Source of the DNA: Syncephalis fuscata S228
Taxonomy: Eukaryota > Fungi > Zoopagomycota
DNA length: 64,000 bases
Reading direction: 5' to 3'
Assembly (NCBI GenBank): GCA_025786725.1
Contig: JAHLTZ010000002.1
Coordinates: 1 to 64,000, forward strand
Shown piece after piece: positions 40,506 to 52,205 of the stretch. The first letter of the stretch is position 1; each line of letters begins with the position of its first letter. The notes beneath the pieces were generated by a model. The model ran no database searches. It was given only the letters and a program-made list of their open reading frames with translations, and was not told the origin of the DNA. Both the position numbers and the translations under genes were made by a program.

Positions 40506-42665
40506 AATAGTAATTTAATTAATAGAATATTGCTAAATTAATTTATGATTTTGCGTAAATATACATTGATACAGCACCAGTAGTGTGATGATGTAATATT
40601 AATCAAGCGGCCAAAGAAAAGAAAGCAGAAAGTTAGTTTAGTCAGATGTTTTAATATCAGATTAATAAAATAATGATTATCAATATTAATGATTTTAATG
40701 TATAAACATGACTCAAATCGGCAGATTTATAACATAAATTGCAACTATATATATATATATATCTTGACAGTAACCTAAAGTAAGTTGAAGTAATAAAAAT
40801 TATTTACAATATTGCTGGAACCTCAGTAAGAGCTACATAACATAGAATGCTTGGTGGAAAAAAGTTTACGATTAATGCAGCAAAGCTTAATTTGAAACCA
40901 CTTATTTATGTAATTTAGTCAATTGGACACGCTAGTGCAAGAATAAATATTTGATTATTAATTACATCAAATATAAATATCATCCAGATAATAACAATAT
41001 TTATAGATGATTAGTTGCACAAATATTTTATTTTAAATCAACTATAGCATTACGCAAAAAGCGGTATTTCATTTGTTATTACTAAATAATTGTATAAATA
41101 ATTTATTCATATTACAAAAATATAGACATTAAATATTTTTTAGCTGTAAACATATGATTAGATGCATAAGTTAATACGCTGCGTTAATAATTAAATACTA
41201 CAGGATATTCAGCTTCCATTATTGTGTATATTTAGTACAAAGTAATACCTTTATTTAATATTAATAAGTATTATCAATTCTAACTGCATCCCATTTCTAG
41301 TTATTATTATAAAAGTTATTTAATTTATTATAGCTAAACAATAATAATAGTTAATGACCAATATATTTTATTATTATTATCAAATAGTATCAATCAATCA
41401 ACATATTGTATTTTGAATGTTAAAGCAAGTATTAGCAAACAGCAAAGACTAAATTTACACAATAATGCTATGATAAATTGTTGCTTGATCATATAAACTA
41501 CAATCTTTAAATTAAAGCTGTAATACTGCGTCAGTGAATTGACTAAATAAAATAAATAGCTTTTTATTGAAGGATTTTAGTTGACCAATGTAATGTTTTT
41601 ATTGTACTGTATTTTAAAATGTATAGTTTATACCCAGAATTGAGCAATCTCCATTATTCTTAAGCATCAAAAAATCATGCTGCTATTAATAGAAGCCAAT
41701 TTACCTAATAAGCACACACCAATAAAGAATACTGGAAACCAACTGGCCATAAACATGAATCTCAGACTTTGCCGTTTTCTCTATAGTGGATATCTTTGAC
41801 TAAACATTTTTCCATGGTGATTCTGTTTGTAGTCACTAAGCTATGTAGAATAAATTGGTATACATATTTGGTATTACCATATATAGAAACACGGAAAACT
41901 AATGGGAGAATATTTGATATAGTAACAGCGATAATAATAATAATGCCAATGTAGCAGCCTTTATTATTTGTTAATAAAAATATTGAGTTTCTACATAACT
42001 TTATTAATATACAGCTTACCGTATACACTGTTTAGTATTCTATCTATGTAGCTTAAAATTCTAAATATCTGTTTGGCAAGTAAGCTGCTTTATCCAGATT
42101 TAGTCTAATTCGCCATTTGGAACCTGACTTGGTAAATGGCATAGGCGAGCAACGTTTTGGGTATGGCCATGGGAATAAAATTTGCTTACTAAATCCGGAC
42201 ACAATTCAGTATCGGCCATGTTTGCCGCCCTGTACAACTTACGATAGATCGTGGACAATCGCAGCGATTAAGCTGTAGTAATATTCAACTTTATATTTTG
42301 TATTTTAATGTATTTATTAATAAATGTAGTTATAATATTACAATAGCTATAACTAGACTTTATATTGAATAAGACTTAACACTTTAATAAGTTATAATGT
42401 TTAAATAGTAAATGGCGCCATTTCTTCCCAAGGTTATTTAAGCGGAGATTTGTCGGAGTAAATAATAATAGCACTTCTAATGTATACTCGTTGATTTCCA
42501 ATAGAAATTTCTATAAGGAATCTACAGCGCCGTTTACTAACATTATACAGCTACATAAACAGCTGCTGTAAACTACAGCTGTCCGATCTGTGTCATCTAT
42601 CTAATAGTCTCCCCCTTCCATCCAATAGCCCATTCTTAACTTGTGTATAATTTACATTTACTATA

Positions 42666-45603
42666 ATGCTTGTCCCAAAGCTTGCCTCTTTTTCGGCAAT
42701 TATTATTGCTACCGTTGCCGCAAATGCTGCTCTAAGCGATGCTGCAAAAAATGGTTTCCGCTTTCCATTTAGTCCACTTCAACATAAGAAAACTCAATCC
42801 AATGCCATCACTCGTCGTGATTCGTCTTATCTGTTACATAGGCTTATAGCCCGTGCCGACAATACCACATCAGCTGGAACTCCTGTATATGGCTACCTGC
42901 CCACCACTTACATTTTCGAACTCGATGCCGCACCTGGTACTAGCGCGGCTACCAAACAACAAGCTGATTTTCTTGCCTACGCTAAACAAAAGTTAAATGT
43001 TCAAGTCCGCCAAAACTTCAATTTGCTTTTCAACGCTGTCTCATTGGATATTCTCGACGATGGTGAATGGGGCCTTAATTCGATTACCAACTTTTCTGGC
43101 ATCAAGAGTGTCCGGCCAATTGGTGGTGGCACCAGACATGCACCAGTAGCTCACGCCATTGGTGCCGAGGCCGTAGTCTTGCGCCGTCGCCAGTCCGTTA
43201 CTAATACACCTGATCCAAATGCCGGAAAAGGCATTAAAGTCGGTATCATTGATTCTGGTATCGACTACACACATCCCGCTCTTGGTGGCTGCTTTGGTGC
43301 TGGCTGTAAAGTAGCCTATGGCTGGGACTTTGTCGGTGATGCCTACACCGGTGCTGACTATCCTGCTCCAGGATGGAAACCCGTTCCAGATAGCGACCCG
43401 CTTGATACTTGCAACGGCCATGGCACTCACGTTGCAGGTCTTGTTGCAGCCAGCTCTGATCTGGTTACCGGTAATGCTCCTGCCGCCACACTTGGTGCCT
43501 ACCGTGTCCTTAGCTGCACTGGAAGTGTGGCCATGGATATTCGTAAGCGCTATGGAGCGTGCCGCTTCCGATGGTATGGACGTTGTCAATATTTCCATTG
43601 GCACCGGCAAATTTTATACGGACTATGCTGATGCCGACGCTGCACAACGGTTGACTGCTCGTGGTATTGTTGTAGTCGCATCAGCCGGTAATGACGGTCT
43701 TGGTGGATTGACCACACTATCCAGCCCCGGTGTCGCACCAAATGTAATTACCGTTGGCTCTATGGGAAGACCGAAATTGAGTTCATTTTCATTCAAGCTG
43801 GACAGTGACGGCACTGATGTATATTACCTGACAGCAAATCAAACTGCCGTGCCTGCCATTACTTTCAAGACAATCAAACGTGTGGAAAAGAATAACACTA
43901 AAGGCTGTGCACCTTATGGCATTGGTTACAGCGGCAAGTTTGTAGTGCTTGACCGCGGTGACTGCACCTTTACGCAAAAGGCCCTTAATGCACAAAACTC
44001 CAACGCTCTTGGTATTATAGTTGTTAGTGATTACGATGGCATGGAATTCCCAGTTGTCGATGCACCTGTAAATATTCATGTTCTCATCATTGGCTACAGT
44101 CAAGGACAAAATCTCTACAAGTTATTGCCAACTACCAATGATGCCATTACTGTCAAATGGACTCAAACTGTCACACAATATGATGCTGCTTACAATAGCT
44201 ATCAATGGTCAGAATTCAGCTCCAATGGTCCAGTTGCTGACATTACCAATATCAAGCCAGAAGTTACTTCATTTGGTGAAACAGTCTTTAGTACATATCT
44301 CACCAAACTTGGTTCGTACGCTATTTTAAGTGGAACCAGTATGGCATCTCCACAGGTTGCTGGTTTGGCTGCCGCAGCAATCCAACGACTTGGATCGACT
44401 ATATCTGCCACTGAACGCCCTGAAGCTGTTCGTCGTTTGCTTATGCAAACATCAGTTGCGCAGACATCACCTGAACTTGAAGATATGACTACAAACAAAA
44501 ATACATACACCTCTCCCATTATATCCGCCGGTGCTGGTATTGCTCGTCTAGTGGATTCAAGCGAGACAAACTGGGGACTTCATCCTTTGTCAGCTGGATT
44601 CCGCGGCTCAGATAGTGGTGGCTCTAGCGCTGCATACACATTTGATGTAACTCTTACTGGTGACATTCCTCCTGGCACTATCGCTTTCAAACATAAACCA
44701 GGATGGGGTGTATCCAGCTGGGAGAATCGTAAACATGATTACTATGTTATCGATGGTGCATTAAGCACGTTCGCTGCTAATCCATCTAAGATTACTATTA
44801 CCAGCGCGAGCACAATTAAAAACATCAACACACGCCGCACAGAAAAGACCAGCATTACCATCTATCCTCCATACCAAGCTAATGCCACCTACTATATGGT
44901 GTTTAATGGTCTTGTTGAAGCGATACATACTGATGCTAAAACCGGCAAACAAACCATCCGCCATATTCCATACCAGACGACCCGCGGTGCTCAACGTGTC
45001 CTTGGTCCACTTCGTCGCGATGATGCCTACCCTAGACTCGACTATATGGATGCTAATGGTAATCTTTTCAATAGCACTGCAAGTACCCGCCTTGTAACTG
45101 CTGCTGGGGATTATGTAGCCGTACGTTTCCGTCTCGACACACCATCACCATGGGCTCTTGTTGCAGTCGAAGATCTCAACGGTAACATTATTGGTATGGC
45201 CTACGACGCCAATGGTGGGCCATTGGCTGCCACTAAGGATGATCCTAATGACGATACATGGTGCTACTGGAATGGTTTAATCCAGCCAATGCCTAGCTTC
45301 AACCAGCCAGGAACTAGCATCACCCCTGTTCAGGATGGGCAGTACAAACTGCGCTTGTTTACCTATCGTCCATACTCACCAGATGGTTCGCTTAACGATC
45401 GCTCATCATACGACACATGGCTTTCTCCAGTTGTTACCGTCACGGGAATTGCCGCACTTTACGGTGCATCTGCCCAAAGCCAAGGAATTTCCACCCAAAC
45501 CACCGGCAAGTCTACCTCGGTCATGACCAAGCTTTCTGCTACAGGTGCAGATATGAGAATACAATCAGGCACAATGCAATTGATGCACAAGATTACCCAG
45601 TAG
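42666..45603 (+). CDS. Secreted S8 subtilisin-like serine protease with PA domain, copy 2 (~979 aa after restoring a 2-nt deletion at ~43542)
   Basis: Near-identical tandem paralog of 37159-40094 with the same catalytic triad. Upstream ~1 kb and the 3' flank are also homologous. Confidence 0.92.
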
Positions 45604-45694
45604 CGTGCTTGTTTAATGGAACAATAAATAACGTTAATTGTTCGCTATATTTTATTATTTTCTTAATTGTAAACATTTAGTGTATATTGAATGG

Positions 45695-47835
45695 TTTAAT
45701 TGTCATTTTGTTTTGTTTATGAGAAAACGTCATGGTAATTGCACTAAATATTGATTTATGTTCAAAGGAAAATAACAATGCCATTTTATATTAACAAATA
45801 TGTGGAGCACAATTAAAAAAATCAACTTTTAGATTTTTAATTTACAGCTACGTGTCTATATCAATAGAAGAATATAACTAAAATAACACTGAATTAAATA
45901 CACAGTTTACAATAAACTAAATTTATTAATAATTATATCACAATGCAGCACTGATTATTTCACAGCCAATGATAATAAAATTTTGGCTGAATTTTACTTT
46001 ATGCCTTCAAAACGAAATTTATTTTAATTAAAGTCATGCTGTTATGCACAATATAATTATATTGCTTCCTATTAAAATACTATAACAAATTGATTTAAAC
46101 ACATAATGTAGCATACTATTTAATTTCATTGAAACATTTGAGGTTGGTCATTATTGTTGTTGGCCATGTATAGAAAGATTGATCAAATATTAACATATTA
46201 CAATGAATTACATTCACCACAATTACAATCACGTTAGCCATCTTAACAATGGTATCAATAATTATTTAGTTAATTTTTCTATTTGATTGTGCTAGTATTG
46301 TTGCACTAATATATACATACTATGTATCATTTTATTTTTAACTTTTAATTTTAATACCTGTTAATTGAATTAAATAAAATGCCACCGCCATATAAAATAT
46401 TGTGCGCCATTTAACATTATTATACAATTTAATTAAACTTATTAGCCATTTAGTATGATTTGTGATTAAAATGACTATTTTTAATAACATTCGTCCTATT
46501 GAACATGATGGTGGGTGGTGAGTGACATCAAAGTTTAAAATAATCATCATCATAGATTCATTATCTAGTATGCATATATTCACCATTTATTTATATCATT
46601 CCCATTCTATTTTATACTACTATATATCATTCTACGACATACCAAATAAACTTTATTTATTATATGCAGCAATATACTTTACTCAGTCTACTCATTGCAT
46701 TATATGCACCGTAATTTTAACATCATTTTATACGCTTTTTTACCGTATACTCATAATTATATATATCATTCTATAATCGCCTATTCATGCTCTATCCAAA
46801 ACTACTTTTATTTTTGTGCTAGCGCTATCATTAATAAATGTCGACTAATTCCGCTCATTGATCCTGCATATATGCTCAATAACTTTAACATTGCTAATCT
46901 CACTCAATATTACATATTTATTATAATGTTTGTTATTTTATTATATATTGACTATACGCTGTTTATAACCGTTGTCGGTATGCTTCCAACTTTGTTATTA
47001 ATAAAAATTGACATATCGCACCTAGTTTGTTCACTGAGTTGTATTGGTAAACAAATAATATGAATATGAACGGAGTTATGTTTTATTAAAATTATTTATA
47101 AATAAATTAGATTATGCAAATTAGTTATGATTTTGATGTTAATCAAGCAAAGTGACGGGTACACATAGTAATAACACATACTGTGATGGTATATGCATAC
47201 TGGATAATAAATTTACAATGATGAGTATTTGATGATTGATGTCACTCACCACCCATCATCATGTTCAATAGATTGGATGCCATTAGATGTTAGTTATTTG
47301 ACCACCAAACAAACAATAAATGTGGTGATGTGATGATTAAATAAAACTCACCACTTGTCCCCATGTTCAATAGATGGAATGTGTAGTTCAATTACGCGAA
47401 TGTCATCAATATAGTCATTTGACATCCAAATCACATTAAATTATTAATGAATTGCTTAATGTAAAAATATTATTTTTATTTAATTAAATAAATGATATAA
47501 TATATACAATATTATAATATAAGCCATAAATCGAATGGCATTGTACATAAAAAGACTAAACAAATTAAAGACTAACAAGGAAATTGTTCAAGTGGTGAAA
47601 TGCAAGAAAGAATAAAAATCAATTGCATAAAATCAAGTATATTCATAGAGCAATGTCACTGGTAAAATAAGAAGGATGGATATCAATGCATAAACAAATG
47701 CCATTATCATAGAACATGCTATTATAATTGGTAACTAAATTGTTAAGCGTCATATTTAGTATATAAGCAGCAGTGTTTATTGAATGTTAAATAAAATATT
47801 TTTAACATATCTATACTAAACTACGCCTTGTATGT
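45695..47835. mobile_element. AT-rich non-coding composite repeat, copy A, with internal inverted repeats (~46496-46584 and ~47188-47271). Foldback/MITE-like.
   Basis: Matches 54873-56451; 47215-47830 is nearly identical to 55830-56450. IR arms CTATTGAACATGATGGTGGGTGGTGAGTGACATC / GATGTCACTCACCACCCATCATCATGTTCAATAG. No transposase seen, so mobility is inferred. Confidence 0.6.
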
Positions 47836-48949
47836 ATAATTAAATAGTGATCCATCAAGAGAGAAAGAAAAAGAGTTAACAAAAAAGATTGCTGTAAATG
47901 GTCATACCCACCACATCAATTTAATCTGCTAAAACTGCCAGGTGGCGTGAAATCGGGATGTCATGGCAAGCAACTTTTTTTTACATTGTCAAATCAATCT
48001 GGGATGGAAATGGCAGACCAGCTGAGTTTGCCGGACTATCTCAAACCAATACAATCATCACAAAACGCGGGGTTGTCTTCTTCCAGTGGAGCTATTCAGA
48101 TATTGAATGTAAATTTTATTTAAATGTTGTCACTAATTCACAAGTATAACTATTTCGTTAATTATGTTATTTACCATATTCGGTAAATAACATAATTAAC
48201 AACAATTACATTACGTAATTGTTTTCATTTCTAGTAATCGTCAGATCCCAGTAAAAATGGCCATTATTCCAGCCAAGACACGGCGATCCTAACACTACAA
48301 ACACTTCGAACTTTTAACAGGAAGTATAGCACCTATAAATATCTACGCTAAATACAATTCACGGACTCTATGTTACTTATTAAAGTAAAACTGGTTCCAT
48401 ATTGCTTGAAGAAGAACTTGAACAGACAAGCCGTTCAAGTTCTTTACATCATTGAAAGACCATTCAATATAAAATGGTAAAAATATTTTTTGTCACTAAT
48501 AAAATATCATCTTGTCTTGGTTTTAGATTTTTATTATTATTATTATGGAATCTCGAACCTTTCTGATTATCTTAGTCTTGCAATGATTGCTAGACTAAGC
48601 TGACGCCTTTTATTTTTAAACTGGTAACAATGTTTAGTGTTATTACTGATATAATGTTCTGTTACATTTAATTCTATTCTATGGAAATGCTAATAGTATT
48701 ATATTATATTAATATTTATTGTAAATGATGATTTAAACACAAATTAATTTAATTAAATAATTACGATCGATTGCATAAAATGATTTATTGCTTTGGAGAT
48801 ACAAAGTAATGGCCAATCATATAAACTATTCACCGCGTGATTCTTTAGCAACAGTATGCTATATTTAATATTAAAACATTTAAATTCTTAAACAATGAAT
48901 ATTCTGTTTATTAATTAAATATAATTATTTACTAATAATGTAATTATCA

Positions 48950-51900
48950 TTAAACACGACAGTTGTTAATGTTCAAAACAAAAATATCCGTAGCACCAAT
49001 CTCCTTCAGCTGATCCATAATCTCGACCACCGCTGACTTTAATACCATTGAACTTACCGCTACAAAATCGCCATTTTCCAACGTGCTAATAGTGGGTGCA
49101 GTACGGCCAGATGTGATTTTTGTTGCCTCGGCCAAACGAGATCGTGCACAGTTATAGTTACAAAGAACGTAGCGTTGTGCCGTAATAACGCCTTCTATAC
49201 GGGCGGCAAGTTTACGTACCAAATCACTATGTTTTGTACGTGGATTGCTAATAAGAATGGCTTCTGTTTCGAGTACGGTAGCAACTTCATGTAAACCCGC
49301 TGCTCTCATCGTCTCTCCAGATTCTGTATAGCAAAATTTAACATGTTGATAAATACTAAAAGTATAATTTGTTGACACGTTACTTACCAACAAGGTCAAC
49401 TATAAGTAGCGTATAGAGTTGTTGATCATACACCGTATATAATAAATAGCTAGCCAGTCAATGTATACTCTATTAGGCTGTGCCATTTACTTACCGATAC
49501 AATCAGCTAAACCAAGCGCACATGCTGCTTCAACACTGCCACCTACATATTTAATCTTGGTTGGTGATGATGGTGATAGGCCCTGTTGAGCGGCCGTTGC
49601 ATCCAATCCATCAAAATATCGCTTAGCCAGATTAACAAAGCTGGTCGCAACACGTTTTCCAACAAGCGCATCAACTGAATGTACAGCGTGTGGCCCACGA
49701 GCTGGTGCCTGAACCGATAGTCGACAGCGGCCAAAGCCTAGCTTCATTACCTCTTCAACCTTGTCGGCCTGTCCCGTCTCTTCGACGATATCACGACCAG
49801 TAATGCCCAAGTCAACGTCACCTTCCCCAACAAACTTGGCAATATCAGCTGCAGGTAGGAAAATCAGCGCAACAGGTAAATTGTGTACCAAAGCAATATC
49901 ATGTCTTGATCGTCGGTGAAATTGCACGTCAACACCGGCCAACAACTTTAAGCAGTGTCCATAAAGACGGCCCTTTTTTGGGACGGCAAATAGTAGCCGA
50001 TCAGACAAATCTTTAACGCTTTCAGCGCGTTGTTCTTTCATCGCGCTCTCCATTACCTCCTGTATAATACTGTCCATATTAAATTTCTCGCCACCCATTA
50101 AGCCAGCTAGTTCATCGCCAAGCTCGTCTTTGGCATCTCCGGAGCCGGCTTTAGCTTTATCAGCAATATCAGCAAGTGATTCAAGCTGCTTCTTTAAATC
50201 TTTTAACTGATCAAGGTCAGGTAAAGCTGGCGTATCCTCTTGCTGCTTCTTCTTTGGCTGCTTTTTATTGGCAGCAGGAGCCTTCTTGGTCTTCACCTCC
50301 TCATCCTTAGTTGGCGATTTCACCTTAGTATTTTGCTTTTTTGCAGCTTCTTTCTTTTTATCAGATTTTACTGGTGAATCTTTAGCTTTCTTGGCCTTTT
50401 TAGCGGCATTTTCCTTCTTCTTTTCCTCGTTCTTACGCTCAGCCTCTAGCTTGGCTTGACGTTCGGCTTCTTCCTTCTCTTCTTTGGCCTTTAGCTCTTC
50501 GGCCTCTTTCTTCTTGCGCGCTTCCTCCTTGCGCTTGCGCTCGGCAGCTTCTTTAGCTTTGCGTTCAGCTTCTTCTTTAGCTTTACGTTCTGCCTCTTCG
50601 CGTGCACGTTGTTTACGCAGCGCCTCTTCAACACGAGCACGAGCTTCAGCTTCTTCGCGTTCACGACGTAGCGCAAATTCGGCATCAATTTCTGCTTGTG
50701 TTGGTACAAAGCCAGCGTAGGCAATGGCATCGTAGCTTCGATCACGAACTAGCTGAACGTATGGGCCAAGTGACTCGGCAGCATGTTCATTATACAAATC
50801 TACTGTTTTTTGGCCAAGATTTTGCACATGTGGGTGCAAATGATGAACATAGATATGTTTTGCACCATGCCAGGCACGCTTAGTAGCAGGTAAAGCATAA
50901 TCACGCACTGCTGGGCCAACATGCTTGGTAACTACAAATGTTGTGGCTTTATAGACGTGTTTGCCATATGGGTACGCATATTTGGTATAGACATGCGAAA
51001 CTGTAGGTGCTACATGCTGATTATAAGCATGGGTGGCATCTTTAGTTATGCGATTGACGTGGTGTGCGACGTTCTTATTGTAATAAGCATGAGCACTGTC
51101 CATCCATGGACCAAGCTGTTCATAAACACGATCGTTCAACCACTCAGCTGATTGTTGAAGGTAAGGCGCTACATACGCATTATAATTAGGCCATACATGT
51201 GCATCTAATTGAGGCTGCACATGTTCAGTAAAGGCATGTAAGACAGTGGCAGCTGTAGGAACAACATAGTCATTATAGACAACCGTCGAATAGCTGCAGG
51301 CGGTTTCGTAGACTGGTCCAAGTCGTTTATACCATGTCTGGCTGGCACGCTGTAATTTTGGTTCAATGGTCGTTTTGTAGATTGGCGCGACGGTTGGAGC
51401 AACTTCTGTTTTCCATAGTTCAATTACGTGCGGCTCTACCGACTCTTTGTAGACTTGAGTGGCATGGGTGATAGCCGGTCTAATATGTTCATTGTGGACA
51501 CGTTCAATTTTTGGTCCAAGACGACTTTGATACCAAGCCTGGAATACATCAAACTTTGGAATACGGCCAACAACTGAGCAAACGGTGGTAGATCTGGATC
51601 ATCGGCATGTGCAGCCAATTGATCAACAGGTGGACAGACAGAAGCACCGTAGAATGAAAGTATAATAAAGGCAAGGAACAAACGACGGAAGGTAAAGAGA
51701 CGGGATCCACAGCAGCAGCCTTTACGCTTGGCCGATACCGGTATCGGCTTGGATTTACTGGCCGTCGACTTTTTTTTTGATCCCATTTGTGGCGAGGATT
51801 CGCTGCTAATGTCTTCGTAGGGAGACTTGGCAATATCTAAGATATTTAGTTTATCTATAATAAAGTAATAATACATCTAGTTAGCTTACTAATTGTTTAT

Positions 51901-52205
51901 TATTATCGGTAATAAAGAATAAGAAATATAGTGTATTTAATGCACATAATCAACTATTGTGTTAATAATGTAGTCTAGGACTTTAAAACTAGATGGTGCA
52001 ATGTTATCAATTTATATAATATATTCCAAGTATTATTACAATAGTTGTACAGTAATACAATACATTATATTGTATTATATTGCAAAAATAAAATAAATGT
52101 AGCTATACATCAATACGCAAACCCACCCAATGCAGGAGAAGCCGGTGGAGAAGCTTTGTCTCCTTGCCTTTTTCCTCGTTTATTACGCTTTCGCGACTCG
52201 GTCAT
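48950..52205 (-). CDS. HIS1: Fusion protein: ~630-aa N-terminal TM + Pro-punctuated helical repeats + charged coiled coil, then C-terminal ATP phosphoribosyltransferase. Exons 52205-52127, 51836-49495 (1-nt frameshift at ~51592), 49399-49388, 49323-48950.
   Basis: HisG motifs DRLLFAVPKKGRL, DLGITGRD, LGFGRCRL, GSVEAACALGLADCIVDLVESGETM and a C-terminal regulatory domain ending NCRV. The frame is stop-free from ~51595 through the HisG start (~50020). All splice junctions are in phase. Confidence 0.85.

Noticed and set aside
37159-45603. Subtilisin copies as pseudogenes or programmed frameshift genes
   Set aside because: Each lesion is a simple deletion absent from the other copy, with no nonsense codons or slippery sites, and it matches the window-wide error pattern.
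46695-47063. Duplicated small protein (also 55437-55691)
   Set aside because: Non-ATG start, extremely AT-rich and I/Y/N-biased, and lying in the repeat core. Treated as a spurious ORF.
46490-47400. CRISPR-like repeats
   Set aside because: Eukaryotic context, only two or three irregular subrepeats, no regular spacers and no cas genes.
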